From a virus (lineage: Duplodnaviria; Caudoviricetes), in IMG/VR virus record IMGVR_UViG_3300037247_001086, positions 1-63,894 of that record: a stretch of DNA of 63,894 bases, one strand, 5' to 3'. The stretch's first letter is position 1, and every line of letters begins with the position of its first letter. Below the pieces are notes generated by a model, which searched no databases, was not told where the DNA came from, and saw nothing but the letters and a program-made list of their open reading frames with translations. This document shows positions 16,928 to 27,799 of the stretch, piece by piece. Made by a program: the position numbers and the translations under genes.

Positions 16928-17823
16928 TCGTTCCCGCCTTTTCTTATCTCTACACCAATCGGAAATTTCCAGCGCGGGGTATACTGGCATGGGCCGCGCT
17001 AGACGGACAAAGGTCTTCTAGGTCGTGGACTGTCGGGCATCTAGCGCGGCTCTTCAACATCTCCTTAGTGAACGCCCGTATACTATTACGAAAGGGTGAC
17101 GGTGTCTTCTGGCGGCTCACACGCCGGAACGTGATACCTTACAGCCGTAGTCGGCTGTGGGCGGTAGTGGCCAAACAGAGCAATGTTCCGGAGGAAGAAT
17201 ATGTCAACGTTCCTGAAACAGCTCTTCATTCCATCGCTTTGTCACGAGCATATCTAGCGCAACCGGCTCTGACAAGAGGGCCAAAGAAGCCGGTATCTGT
17301 GGCCGTGAGCGCTCAGCTTCTTGGATGTGGGCGTCGTGCTGTAACGACATATCGTAGCCGGTTAGCTGGTGTAGGCCGGTTAAAAATGGTTCCACAATTT
17401 GAGCGGTTGAGAGAGGAGACGATAGGACGCAAGACTCCAGCTTTTCAACCGGGAGAATTTTCAAGCAAGGGTTGGATCTACCGCCGCACCGCTGACATTG
17501 TACTGATCACCAACGGAGTCGGTGATATATTCACCTGGCCAGTCCATATCGTCAAAGGTAGGACATTGGCTCCACGAAAATATTTCACTGAAACCAAACA
17601 TCTAGAACGTTGGGTAGCTCGTGGAAAGGCTCTAGCAAAGGACGCAGTCTTGCTTGTTTTCAAAGAATGGCTACCTGTAACGAACGTTTTGAGCGCGGTA
17701 AGGGGGGAACTTCTTACTAATACTAAAGCCCTATACCACGCTGGAAACGTTCGTTTTGAACCTAACCTTGTAGGAAGTCCTGGGATAGTGTATGGTAACA
17801 GCCATCAGGTAGAGGTAGGGTAG
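16924..17823 (+). CDS. Basic protein, possible winged-HTH replication/DNA-binding protein
   Basis: Two HTH-like segments (LARLFNIS; SAQLLGCGRRAV). Confidence 0.4.
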   Translation: MIVPAFSYLYTNRKFPARGILAWAALDGQRSSRSWTVGHLARLFNISLVNARILLRKGDGVFWRLTRRNVIPYSRSRLWAVVAKQSNVPEEEYVNVPETALHSIALSRAYLAQPALTRGPKKPVSVAVSAQLLGCGRRAVTTYRSRLAGVGRLKMVPQFERLREETIGRKTPAFQPGEFSSKGWIYRRTADIVLITNGVGDIFTWPVHIVKGRTLAPRKYFTETKHLERWVARGKALAKDAVLLVFKEWLPVTNVLSAVRGELLTNTKALYHAGNVRFEPNLVGSPGIVYGNSHQVEVG

Positions 17824-17839
17824 ACGTTAGGGTAGGATT

Positions 17840-19576
17840 ATGCTTGTTGACATCCACTCTGGACACGATCTCAAAGTCACTTTTGCCTATGATCCTCGCA
17901 AGGTGCAGTTGGTCAAGACTGTACCTGGAAAACGTTGGGTGCCCGCTCAGAAGCATTGGACAATTCCAGCAGCCGGCCTTCGCGCTTTGCAGCAAGAAGC
18001 GGCCAGGGCTGGTGTTGATGTGCGTGTCACCGGAGCGGTGACGGATGCCTTAGAATCCAGCGGACGGCGGCGTGAAGAGCTGAGGAAAGTCAAGCTGGAT
18101 GTGACCTCGCTGGATCTCCCCACTGACACCGAACCCTACCCCTACCAGTACAGCGGTATCCGGTTCTTGAAAATGGCCCTTCATAATTTCAAGGGCGTGC
18201 TTTGTGCTGACGACATGGGCCTTGGAAAAACGTTCATGGCGTTGAGCATTGTGGTCATGCACGATGGTGTGAGGAACGTTCTGGTGCTGGCACCGGCCAC
18301 CTTGAAATATACATGGGCTAGCGAGATAGAGCGTCATTATTCTCAGCTGACATACACGGTTATTGATGGCGGGCCGGACAAGCGTGTTGCTCAGTGGGAA
18401 GAGGACACGCGGATTAAGATCTGTAATTATGAACTGTTGTTGCGTGATGTCTATCCGAGGGTAACACAGTGGGATCTGGTCATTGGAGACGAGGTCACAA
18501 GGCTGAAGAATTACCGTCTAACGGGCTTGCGTACGGCTAAGGATGAGGACGGGAAGCTTGTCAGGGATGGGGAGGGGAACCTTGTCAAGGAAAAGTATAT
18601 TACGATTGTTGGACGTGTAAAAGCTCTGAATCGGATCTATACGATTGGATTAAGTGGTGCTCCAGTGGAGAACAGGTTGGAGGAGCTTTGGAGCATCATG
18701 GATTTCTGTATTCCTGGCGTGCTGGGGAACGGCTGGGTGTTCTTCAAACAGCATGTTGTCACCGACAAATGGGGGGGCCTCCTTCGTTATCAGGGGATTG
18801 ATCAGGTCAAGGAGCGGGTGGAGCCGTATTATATTCGCCGTCGGAAGAGGGAAGTCCTTACCGAGCTGCCCGACAAGGTGTACAGCGAGGTCAAGATCGA
18901 GCTGAGTGACGCCGAATGGAAGTTCTATGGGGCCATTCAGGGTCAAATTCGGGATGAGATTGAAGACAATCCGAAGCTGAATGTTGGTAGCATTCTCACC
19001 ATGATGTTGCGGCTCAAGCAGGCGGTTGATGACCCACGTCTGTTGGACGAGAAGAAGGTGGCGAGTACGAAGGTGGCCACCATTAAGGAGATATTAGAGG
19101 GCGCGGCTGGCGAACATCGTGTGGTGTTCTTCACGCAGTTCAGCACATTGGCGGATTTGCTTGGAGAAGAGCTGGAGGCTCCAGTGATAGCGGGCCATGT
19201 GAGCGCCAAGGAACGTCAGTTGATAGTGGACCAGTTCCAGGCTGGTGAGTATCCTTGTCTGGTGAGCACAGACGCGGGCGCTTACGGCATTACGTTGACG
19301 GCGGCTGATATTGTTGTCCATATCGATCTTCCGTGGAATCCAGCGCGGATGCGTCAGCGAGAGGATAGGCTCCATCGGATTGGTCAGAAGAATAGCGTTC
19401 AGGTTGTCAGCCTGATAGCCCAGCGTACCATCGATGAGTACGTGAAGAAGATTATCTATCGGAAGGGGGAATTAATACAGCAAATCCTTGATGACGAGAT
19501 CCCAGATAGTGAGAGCGTTAAGCTGGATCGTGGTGAGTTGATGGCATTGTTAGGAGCTGAAGATGTTGAATTATAA
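17840..19576 (+). CDS. SNF2-family helicase with N-terminal HARP-like domain
   Basis: ADDMGLGKT, DEVT, SGAPVENRLEELW, QREDRLHRIGQ. Confidence 0.92.
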   Translation: MLVDIHSGHDLKVTFAYDPRKVQLVKTVPGKRWVPAQKHWTIPAAGLRALQQEAARAGVDVRVTGAVTDALESSGRRREELRKVKLDVTSLDLPTDTEPYPYQYSGIRFLKMALHNFKGVLCADDMGLGKTFMALSIVVMHDGVRNVLVLAPATLKYTWASEIERHYSQLTYTVIDGGPDKRVAQWEEDTRIKICNYELLLRDVYPRVTQWDLVIGDEVTRLKNYRLTGLRTAKDEDGKLVRDGEGNLVKEKYITIVGRVKALNRIYTIGLSGAPVENRLEELWSIMDFCIPGVLGNGWVFFKQHVVTDKWGGLLRYQGIDQVKERVEPYYIRRRKREVLTELPDKVYSEVKIELSDAEWKFYGAIQGQIRDEIEDNPKLNVGSILTMMLRLKQAVDDPRLLDEKKVASTKVATIKEILEGAAGEHRVVFFTQFSTLADLLGEELEAPVIAGHVSAKERQLIVDQFQAGEYPCLVSTDAGAYGITLTAADIVVHIDLPWNPARMRQREDRLHRIGQKNSVQVVSLIAQRTIDEYVKKIIYRKGELIQQILDDEIPDSESVKLDRGELMALLGAEDVEL

Positions 19577-19758
19577 AGTGATTCTTACTATTCGAGTTGG
19601 TTCAGCTATTATTGTGGAAGCTGAAGACCAAGCTACTGCTGTCAAAATGGCTATTTTAAAGTATGAAGCTAAATTGAGAGAGCGAGGTACTATCGGAGAT
19701 ACTATTGATATTCGAATTGACGAAATACCGGAGACGAGTTCCGCGAAATAAGAAAAGA

Positions 19759-20100
19759 ATGATTAACTGGCAGGATTTGTGGAAGGCTCGGATGGGCCGG
19801 TTTCCCACGATGCAAGAGGTCAAAGAGCTTTCAGTTCTCCAACTGGAGCCGTCTCAAGCGGCGTGGGCGTTGGTACAGTACAAGCGGGCCACGTTGTACC
19901 CGAATGCTAGGGACTTCATAGAGTGGCAAGCTGACGGCGAGCCGCCGAGTGAGATAGTAGCGGCGGCGTTTCTCACCGAGCAGCCCGTGGCGATAGAGAT
20001 GGCCGAAAGGCTTCAGACGCTTCAGGCCGCTTGGTATCCGACAGCCGGAACGAAGGAGGTGATAGCCGACTTAGAAAAACGCTTGCGTGCAGCACTCTAA
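19759..20100 (+). CDS. Hypothetical protein
   Basis: In operon; ATG 19759. Confidence 0.5.
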   Translation: MINWQDLWKARMGRFPTMQEVKELSVLQLEPSQAAWALVQYKRATLYPNARDFIEWQADGEPPSEIVAAAFLTEQPVAIEMAERLQTLQAAWYPTAGTKEVIADLEKRLRAAL

Positions 20101-20135
20101 GAAGACAGGAAAGGGATTCACAGAAGGAGAACAGA

Positions 20136-21086
20136 ATGATCTATATTGTCGTGTCACTTATCGCACTAGTAATGTTCATGTTCGTGCTGCCGATTGTAAT
20201 GTGGGGGATCAGCAACGATGTCAAGAAGAGAGGGGAGTCAGCTCCAGGAGGGGCCGCGTGGTTCGTTCTAGGGTTTGTCGTTTACTTCCTGTTCATGGTT
20301 GCGTTCACCGCTGGCTCTAGTATCCGCACTGTACCGGCAGGACATGTCGGTCTGGTCTATACCTTTAACGACATCACTGGTCAGCGTAGCGCAGGTATTA
20401 ATCTCATTCTCCCGTGGCAGGGATTCAAGACGGTGACCGTCCAAACTCAAAAGATCGTCCCAGAAGGGACTTGTTCCAATGGTACAGAAAATTGCTTGGG
20501 TGCGTTTAGCCAAGAGACACAGGACGTGTTTGTGGTGGCAGCTATCAACCTGCACGTCGACCCCGACGACATCCAGAATCTGTTTCGCAATGTTGGGCCG
20601 GACTATATCAACAAGCTCGTCCTGATTCGCCTTGACCAGATTTTCAAGGATGAGACAGTGAAGTTCGTCAGCACGGATATTGCTCCAAATCGTGAGACCA
20701 TTCGGACTGCTGTCCGCGAACGGTTGCGGGAAGAGCTGGCTGACTTCTCTATCGTTGTGGAAGACTTGCTCATCATTGACTTAGACTTTCCACAGGGATT
20801 CAAGGATGCGATTGAGGCTAAGCAACAGGCCGAGCAGGAAGCCCAACGCCAAGAGGAACTCATCAGGTCTGCTGAGGCTCAGGCGGCTCAGGCCGTGGCC
20901 ATTGCACAAGGCGAGGCGGACGCCAATACGATCCTTGCCGAGTCCTTGGAAAAACAGGGTAATTTCATTCTCCAATTCCGAGCTATCGAAGCTCTGGCTG
21001 ACAACGTCACTATCATGTTGCTGCCAACTGAGAATGGTCTTATTCCTGTTCTGGGCGAGAGTTTGCTGCGAACAGCAACACCATAA
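20136..21086 (+). CDS. SPFH/prohibitin (band 7) membrane protein
   Basis: Two TM segments, VPAGHVG, AIEAKQQAEQ..AQGEADAN. Confidence 0.9.
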   Translation: MIYIVVSLIALVMFMFVLPIVMWGISNDVKKRGESAPGGAAWFVLGFVVYFLFMVAFTAGSSIRTVPAGHVGLVYTFNDITGQRSAGINLILPWQGFKTVTVQTQKIVPEGTCSNGTENCLGAFSQETQDVFVVAAINLHVDPDDIQNLFRNVGPDYINKLVLIRLDQIFKDETVKFVSTDIAPNRETIRTAVRERLREELADFSIVVEDLLIIDLDFPQGFKDAIEAKQQAEQEAQRQEELIRSAEAQAAQAVAIAQGEADANTILAESLEKQGNFILQFRAIEALADNVTIMLLPTENGLIPVLGESLLRTATP

Positions 21087-21087
21087 A

Positions 21088-22404
21088 ATGCCAGGTATTG
21101 CAGATCTAGAAGCGCGGCTGTTGGCCAGCCTGCCAAACGTTGAGGCGTTCGAGCACTTGGAGGTTCTTGGAATTGACGAGCGGGCCTTCACGATGTATGG
21201 GCCGATGTACTCCTACATTAAGGATATTGTGGAGGAGCATCAAGTTCTGCCGCGTCTTCTAGATCTCAAAGCCACTTTTAATGTGCCTGACTATGTCCGG
21301 CGTCAGCCCAGCGAATATGATTGGCTACTAGCGGACTTCATCAAGGTCAACACGGCTCAGAAAGTGCAGCGTATTTTCGACCAGAACGTTGAGCGTCACG
21401 CTGACGATCCTCAAACTTTGGTGGCTTCCCTCCGGCGTGATTTGGACGAAATTGCTATCAGTGAGAAGCGTGATGTCAGTGTTACAGATGCATCCGCTGC
21501 TAAGCGTATGGCGGGTTATGCTGAGAACCGGCTGGAGGAGGGATGGCTGGCGGGTATACCTACTGGCCTGAGCTATTTCGATGCGGCTCTCAGGATGGGT
21601 TGGGACGCGGGAGAGCTGATAGGGTTGGTGGCCAGGACTACCATTGGTAAGAGCTGGATCATGTTGTATTTTGGGTTGGTGGCCTGGACAGCGGGCAAGC
21701 ACGTCTTGTTCTTGTCACCTGAGCTTCCTGAGAAGGAATTGGAAGCGCGTTGGGATACGTTGATGTGTGGGATGAACGATATCGCTACCGATGCGTTGGA
21801 CTATTACCGTGGCTTTTTGCCGAGCAAGGAGCAGGTTGAGATGGCCATGAAAGCGTCTAAGAGGCAAGACTGGACAACGTTGTGTAGCGTGGAAGGTAGG
21901 CCGTTCAGCATCAATGAGATACCGAGGTTGGTGGCCCGATATGAGCCTGACTTGGTGCTTATAGATGGTCTCAATTTCGTCCAGGGGCCGACGCGTGGAC
22001 GTCAATCCTGGGAGCGGATTATGGATGTGAGCTATGGTCTCAAGACGACAGCAGTTGGCGCAAACGTAGCGATCATTGTCAGCCATCAGGCCAACCGAGC
22101 AGCAGCTCATAATCTCCATCGGCCTCCAGCTCTTCACGAGATTTTTGCAGGTGATGGATTTGCTCAAGCATGTGATCGTCTGTTGGTGCTCCATCCTCCG
22201 CAACAGCCGCCACATCGACTTGTTGTTACTATCCAAAAGTTCCGACGTGGCGAGCCGCAACAGGGAGGCTTGATGCTCCAGTTCGAGCCAGGGAAGGGGA
22301 AGATCAATGAGGTCTTCGATACAAAGCCAACTCGAAACGTTCGGCCTGATGGGTCAGACGTACAAAGCGGGAAAGGAGATGCTCGTTCAGTGTCCATTCC
22401 ATGA
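21088..22404 (+). CDS. dnaB: DnaB-like replicative helicase
   Basis: GIPTGL, ARTTIGKS, FLSPE, LIDGL, HQANR, KFRRG. Confidence 0.85.
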   Translation: MPGIADLEARLLASLPNVEAFEHLEVLGIDERAFTMYGPMYSYIKDIVEEHQVLPRLLDLKATFNVPDYVRRQPSEYDWLLADFIKVNTAQKVQRIFDQNVERHADDPQTLVASLRRDLDEIAISEKRDVSVTDASAAKRMAGYAENRLEEGWLAGIPTGLSYFDAALRMGWDAGELIGLVARTTIGKSWIMLYFGLVAWTAGKHVLFLSPELPEKELEARWDTLMCGMNDIATDALDYYRGFLPSKEQVEMAMKASKRQDWTTLCSVEGRPFSINEIPRLVARYEPDLVLIDGLNFVQGPTRGRQSWERIMDVSYGLKTTAVGANVAIIVSHQANRAAAHNLHRPPALHEIFAGDGFAQACDRLLVLHPPQQPPHRLVVTIQKFRRGEPQQGGLMLQFEPGKGKINEVFDTKPTRNVRPDGSDVQSGKGDARSVSIP

Positions 22405-23197
22405 TGACCATAGTCCGAGTATGAGCATCAATTTGGACGACGGGCGCTGGTACTGTTTCACAGAGAGTAAGGGTGGCGATTATATGGAATTGGTGGCGGG
22501 GCTGAAGCGTACCGGCCAGTTTTTGGAGGGAGCTCCGAAACCGTATGAGGCTCAGGAGCAGCCAATCCTTAGGTCATGGGCTGAGCGTGGATTCACGACA
22601 GCCATGCTTGTCAAGTGGGGGATCGTTTGGGATGAGGAGATACGTGCCATGAGGATTCCGGTTTTGACAGAAGCCGGTGATCACCTAGCTAATATCTGGA
22701 GAGCTCCGGAAGGAGTGGAGCCGAAGTATCGATATGATGCGGGTTTTTCAAAGAACGAGGTCTTGTTTGGTCTGTGGCGGTTGCCTAATCCCTGTCAGCA
22801 ACGGATCATCCTGGTTGAGGGGCCGCTGGATGCTGTTTGGGTGCAGGACTGTGGACTAGCTGGTGTGGCCGTGTTGGGGAGTTCGTTGAGTGACGGTCAG
22901 CTGGAGTTGCTTGTGGAGCGGAGCGTACGTCAGGTTGTTCTCTGTTTTGACAATGATGCAGCTGGAGTTAACGCTACCTATCAGGCTCGTGGGCTTCTGC
23001 GGGCTGTAGGGATCTGGGTTTATAGAGTTCATTTGCCAGGTAAATACAAGGATATCCAGGAGGTGCCTCATGAGGATGTAGAGGGTGTGATTGGACACGC
23101 TGAGTTATGCATCAACAACAGTGTTGTTCATCCACGATATGGACGCTGGGTTGATAGCGAGAAGACAGGATCGTCAGATGTATGGAGGAATAGGTAA
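22307..23197 (+). CDS. dnaG: DnaG-type primase (zinc finger plus TOPRIM)
   Basis: CPFHDDHSPS, LVEGPLDA, FDNDAAG, KD. Confidence 0.9.
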   Translation: MRSSIQSQLETFGLMGQTYKAGKEMLVQCPFHDDHSPSMSINLDDGRWYCFTESKGGDYMELVAGLKRTGQFLEGAPKPYEAQEQPILRSWAERGFTTAMLVKWGIVWDEEIRAMRIPVLTEAGDHLANIWRAPEGVEPKYRYDAGFSKNEVLFGLWRLPNPCQQRIILVEGPLDAVWVQDCGLAGVAVLGSSLSDGQLELLVERSVRQVVLCFDNDAAGVNATYQARGLLRAVGIWVYRVHLPGKYKDIQEVPHEDVEGVIGHAELCINNSVVHPRYGRWVDSEKTGSSDVWRNR

Positions 23198-24021
23198 TGC
23201 CAAAAGGAGTGAAAGGCTCGGGGCCAGCTCAGACCAAGCAGCCTGAGGCTTCGAAGAACAGCGACGGCCCGCAGCGGACAGGGATGGTAGCGGCTCAACA
23301 ACAGATGTCTGGTGGTGGCAGCCGTTTTCCTTATCTCCGAATTGAGGCTGGAGAACGTGCTCGGTTTCATTTTTTGACTAGCGGTAATACCGACCTCATC
23401 GGCTCTAAATTTCATAAGTTTGGTGAGGGTCGGGAAACGCGGCACTATATGTGCTTGCGTGTCTTTACGGGTGGTGAGGAGGAATGTCGCTGGTGTGAGG
23501 CGGGCCACGATGAAATGGGTTCACGTTTTGCCGTGTGGATTTTCGTCCACAACATCTTGCATGCAGCTCAGGATAAAGAGGCTGAGTGGAAGACCACCAA
23601 AGTCGGCAAGACAACGCTCTTCCGGGAAGAAGTTAAGGAGCCGATGCTCATTCGGATGGCCGCTGGTGTGAAGCAAAAGTGGTTCAGTCAGTTCGTCAAT
23701 ATGTGGACGACACATGGCGACTTGCAGAATCATATTTATGAGTTGTATCGAGAAGGTACAGAGCTTGAGACTGAGTATTTCCTCACTACGTTGAAGGAAC
23801 AGGCTATCCCGGAAGAGATTTTGGATTCCGATGTGGTGAAAAAACTTCCAACGTGTGAAGACGTTCTCCGGGAGGAAGTGACATTTGGACCTGGAGGGGC
23901 TGGTGCCGGTTCTAGCCTCGGTACAGATGAAGTCATGGGCGGTAAGTCGAGGTCGAAGGAGAAGCCCGCTGAGGAGGCTGAAGCAGCGGATGAGCCTCCG
24001 GCGGATGATGATCTGATCTAG
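23197..24021 (+). CDS. Single-stranded DNA-binding protein (gp32-like)
   Basis: H..C..CRWC zinc site, R.G..LETEY, acidic C-terminus ending DDDLI. Confidence 0.65.
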   Translation: MPKGVKGSGPAQTKQPEASKNSDGPQRTGMVAAQQQMSGGGSRFPYLRIEAGERARFHFLTSGNTDLIGSKFHKFGEGRETRHYMCLRVFTGGEEECRWCEAGHDEMGSRFAVWIFVHNILHAAQDKEAEWKTTKVGKTTLFREEVKEPMLIRMAAGVKQKWFSQFVNMWTTHGDLQNHIYELYREGTELETEYFLTTLKEQAIPEEILDSDVVKKLPTCEDVLREEVTFGPGGAGAGSSLGTDEVMGGKSRSKEKPAEEAEAADEPPADDDLI

Positions 24022-24046
24022 TCATAGAAGTAGAGGAGGAATTGTC

Positions 24047-24445
24047 ATGGTGCAACAACAGGAAGAAGAACTGACACGACGCCAGCGTGATGATCAGGAT
24101 AGGCGTGTTTACGCCTTGGTGGGCGTAAGCGAGGGCCGGTTGTGCGTCAATATTACGTGGTACTACTTGGAGGGGGATGACCATTGGGATTTCCTTGAGC
24201 AAATGTTTATGGCGGCGGGCTTTTCGGCTCCACGCGCCATCACTTTTGAAAAGAACAAGATCGGAAGGGATAGCGTGACCAAGGTAGTCGACTGGAACGC
24301 ACTGCGTGTCAGCAGGGAACAGTGCGACATGGCCGGTGTTGCTCCTGGGGCAGCGGCGAATCGCATCCGTCACTGGATGCAAGGACCGATTCCTTGGCGG
24401 AAGTTTAAGATTCGAATTGAAGTAGGCCAGCACACTAACTTCTAA
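24047..24445 (+). CDS. Hypothetical protein
   Basis: GAGGAGG RBS. Confidence 0.55.
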   Translation: MVQQQEEELTRRQRDDQDRRVYALVGVSEGRLCVNITWYYLEGDDHWDFLEQMFMAAGFSAPRAITFEKNKIGRDSVTKVVDWNALRVSREQCDMAGVAPGAAANRIRHWMQGPIPWRKFKIRIEVGQHTNF

Positions 24446-24449
24446 GTCG

Positions 24450-26264
24450 ATGCGAAAGCAAGTATTAGGGCCAACGAAGATCCCTAAGCTGGCTGAGCGT
24501 ATGCGTTCGTGGGATGTGGTTGTCATTGACTGCGAGACGACCGCTACGGATGCATGGTCGCCTGAGACAGAAGTGTTAGGGTTTGGCGTCGCTCCACTTG
24601 GAGCAGATGAGCACTTCTATCTTCCTGTGAATCACCATGAAATTCAGCTGAACCCGTTGGACTTGCGACCAGTGTTGGAGGTGCTGGAGCAAATTCCGCT
24701 CATTGGACATGACATCAAATTCGACCTCCATATGCTGGCCCGTCTAGGGTTTGTTCCGAAGCAAGACAAGTTCATGGATGTCATTGTCATGGGCCGGTTG
24801 TGGGCTTATGAGGAACATCCTCGTTTGGACTTGGAGTTCTTGGGGAAGGATCTGATAGGCTACGAGTATATCACCAATTTGAAAAAATTTCGGAATCGTC
24901 TCAAAGATTTTTCCATCGCCCACGTTGGAAACTACTGTATCGAAGATGTCTATCTCACTAAATTGTTGTACATCTGGTTCCGCGAGCGACTGCCCCAGCA
25001 TCTGTTGGAGTTGTTTGAGAGGGAGTGCTTGCTCACTCGTGATTTGTTTGACATGGAGCAACGCGGTTTCCAGGTGGACGAGGATTATTTGGTTAAGGCC
25101 AGCGCGGGGTTGGATGATAAGAGTGAGAAACTTCTTCATGAGATAAGACAACTCGCTGAACAGCCTGATTTCAACCCGCGCAGTCCGCCTCAGGTCAAAC
25201 AGCTGATGAGCGATGTTGGTATTCAACCCGTGGCCTGGAGTGATACGACTGGAGAGCCGAGTTGGAACAAGGACGCGATGCTTGAGGTACGTAATCAGCA
25301 TCCGATTGCGATGACATTGGCTAAGTATCGGGCTCTCAAGTATCAGCGTAGCGGTCATGTCCAGCGGGCTATGGATGCCGTTCGGTTGCATGATGGGTTT
25401 ATGCACTTCGAGTTTAAGAATTGGGGGACGACCACGGGCCGTTTGAGCGGAAACAGCCAACAGATGCCGAAGGGCTGGCTCCAGTTTGGAGAGGAGGGCG
25501 CGGGGGAAGATGTGCTCGTTTGGGCCACGGGAGACATGGCCAAGGAGCGAGAATTTAGTATCCGACGGTTGCACAAACCGCGCGAGGGTTATGCCTTGAT
25601 CGTAGCCGACTACAAGCAAATTGAGATGTTTGTGCTTGGGTTCTATCTCAATGATCCAACGTTCACGCGCTGGCTTGAAAGTGGTAATGTCCACGCGGCG
25701 GTAGCGCAGGATGTCTGGGGGGTTGGGAAAGACCATCCAGAATTCGAAAAATATTATGCTCGTGGCAAGATCTACAACTTCGCCAATGTCTACGGCCAGG
25801 GGATTAAGGCGCTGGCTGACGCTTTGAATTGCACTATAGAGGAGGCCAAGAGTGATCGTCAAGAATACTTCGGGCATATGCCAGGGTTTGGTAAGTTTTC
25901 TAGACATGTCCTAAGTATGCTCCGAAAGGACGGCTTCGCGAAGAATCATTATGGCCGTGAGTATCATGTCGATCCGCAGCAGGCGTATAAAGGAGTCAAT
26001 TATCTTGTGCAGGGTACGAGTGGAGATTATGTGAAATGGAAGCTGACAGAAACGCGGGAGCTACGGCGGCAGTTGGATTGTCATGTGCTCAATACCACGC
26101 ATGACGACTTCGTCTTTGAGATACCGATAGCAAATCTGAATGGTGTGGGGGAGCTGATGGCTATGCTTCGTAAGAGCCCGTTCAAGCGCGATCTGGAGCT
26201 AGACGTTGAGTGGTCGGTGGATAACCTAGTGGAGCTGGAACCGTTTAAGGAGGCAGTCGCCTGA
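24450..26264 (+). CDS. polA: Family A DNA polymerase with 3'-5' exonuclease
   Basis: IDCET, HDIKFD, TTGRLS, ADYKQIE, KIYNFANVYG, NYLVQGT, HDD. Confidence 0.93.
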   Translation: MRKQVLGPTKIPKLAERMRSWDVVVIDCETTATDAWSPETEVLGFGVAPLGADEHFYLPVNHHEIQLNPLDLRPVLEVLEQIPLIGHDIKFDLHMLARLGFVPKQDKFMDVIVMGRLWAYEEHPRLDLEFLGKDLIGYEYITNLKKFRNRLKDFSIAHVGNYCIEDVYLTKLLYIWFRERLPQHLLELFERECLLTRDLFDMEQRGFQVDEDYLVKASAGLDDKSEKLLHEIRQLAEQPDFNPRSPPQVKQLMSDVGIQPVAWSDTTGEPSWNKDAMLEVRNQHPIAMTLAKYRALKYQRSGHVQRAMDAVRLHDGFMHFEFKNWGTTTGRLSGNSQQMPKGWLQFGEEGAGEDVLVWATGDMAKEREFSIRRLHKPREGYALIVADYKQIEMFVLGFYLNDPTFTRWLESGNVHAAVAQDVWGVGKDHPEFEKYYARGKIYNFANVYGQGIKALADALNCTIEEAKSDRQEYFGHMPGFGKFSRHVLSMLRKDGFAKNHYGREYHVDPQQAYKGVNYLVQGTSGDYVKWKLTETRELRRQLDCHVLNTTHDDFVFEIPIANLNGVGELMAMLRKSPFKRDLELDVEWSVDNLVELEPFKEAVA

Positions 26265-27286
26265 TGGTGTCGGAAGCGCAGGAAGAGAAACGAGTGCGGA
26301 AGCGGCGAGAGAAGGTCGATAGAGCAGCCAGTACACAGCGGGCTATTGATGCAGCGGCATTGGACAGTCTGGTGAGAGGCGGTAAGTTACGGCCAGGGAA
26401 TGATCCGAGTTGGGAGTTGGAATGGGTGAGCACCGGCATTGAAGATCTAGATAAAATCTTAGGTGGGGGTATGCCTCGTCGACGGATCACTATCCTATTA
26501 GGAGAATACGCGAGCGCCAAGACTTTTCTAATTCAGATGCTTATCAAACAGGCTATCTCTATGGGTCTCAAAGCGGCGTATATCGATGCGGAACGTTCCT
26601 ACGATCCGGCATGGTGGGCACAGGTTGGTATTCCGTTGGACAAGATCTTAGTAAGCCAACCTCCGAGTGGAGAGGCGGCGATCGATGTGATGGTGGCGCT
26701 GGCGCGGGCCAATGTAGATGTCATCGCTTTGGACAGCATGGCGGCTCTCATCCCATCGGAGGAATTGGGGGATGAGGCGAGCGCTGAGAACAAGAACATT
26801 GCATCACAGTCACGGCTGATCGCCAAGATGATGAGAATGTTGATAGGGTTGGAGACGAACAGCGTGATGGTGATGGCCAATCAAGTTCGTGAGATCATTG
26901 GAGGCCCGATGCCAGGGGTTACTATGCCCGGAGGGAAGGCTCCAAAGCATTTCAGCTCCATTATTCTTAGGGTACGGCGGGAACAGTGGATCAAAGAACA
27001 AGAAAGACGTGTTGGGTTTCATATCCGTTGTCAGGTTCAGAAGAATAAGGTGGCTCAGCCTTGGGGTGAGTGTTTGCTACCATTCCGATTTCGTGGGGAG
27101 ATCGACATGGTGGCGCTCCTTGTGGATAGAGCTATTGAAGCTGGTATTATCGAGCAGAAAGGGCCGTGGTTTACGCTCCAGCTAGAGGATGTGGAGCAAA
27201 AGGCGTTGTCAGGGCGTAATAAAATGATCGAGTTGCTCACAGAAGATGATGCGCTGAAGGCACGGGTTGAAAAGGCATTAGGATGA
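26264..27286 (+). CDS. recA: RecA/UvsX recombinase
   Basis: STG..DLD..LGGG.PR, GEYASAKT, YIDAE, DSMAAL, NQVRE, PGGKA, KNKVA. Confidence 0.9.
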   Translation: MVSEAQEEKRVRKRREKVDRAASTQRAIDAAALDSLVRGGKLRPGNDPSWELEWVSTGIEDLDKILGGGMPRRRITILLGEYASAKTFLIQMLIKQAISMGLKAAYIDAERSYDPAWWAQVGIPLDKILVSQPPSGEAAIDVMVALARANVDVIALDSMAALIPSEELGDEASAENKNIASQSRLIAKMMRMLIGLETNSVMVMANQVREIIGGPMPGVTMPGGKAPKHFSSIILRVRREQWIKEQERRVGFHIRCQVQKNKVAQPWGECLLPFRFRGEIDMVALLVDRAIEAGIIEQKGPWFTLQLEDVEQKALSGRNKMIELLTEDDALKARVEKALG

Positions 27287-27577
27287 CACGGCCACCAAGA
27301 CCATTTAGACCTTCACCTTTGGGCAGCCCTAACTGGGGTGGGAGTCGTTGTTGTCGAAAGTGTCTTCAAAAAGGTCGGATCGTGTGGTACAACAGTCAGA
27401 CTTGGCATCGTTTGTATCGAAGACATTGGCCGCAACGAGCGGAGGCTAGGATAGCCGATGAACAATTATATTCGGATGTAATGGGGAAGGAGACACTCCG
27501 GGGTATCCGAGCAGAGGCTGAATTTCAAAGGCGTGTTGATAAGGTATTAGCATTTCTATTCAGGAAAGGAGAAGAAC

Positions 27578-27799
27578 ATGGAAGCGATGACAGTGACGGT
27601 AGCGATTAACCGGAAAATTGCGCTGCCAGGGTACGAAAACGTGGACATCCGGATGGAGGTTCACAACGTTGAGGCCGGTGCAACTGAGGCTGAAATTGAG
27701 GAGGCATTGGAGACCGGCGACCTCGCTATCCAGCTTTTGACTAAGCATATCCAGGCCAAGATGAAGGACATTAAGTCGGGCGCGAGTGAGCTCGGATGA
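27578..27799 (+). CDS. Hypothetical protein
   Basis: AAAGGAG RBS; LPGYENV motif. Confidence 0.6.
   Translation: MEAMTVTVAINRKIALPGYENVDIRMEVHNVEAGATEAEIEEALETGDLAIQLLTKHIQAKMKDIKSGASELG

Noticed and set aside
24744-25907. Long antisense ORFs (also 47209-47925 and 51617-52462)
   Set aside because: Shadows of well-supported plus-strand genes, with no motifs or RBS
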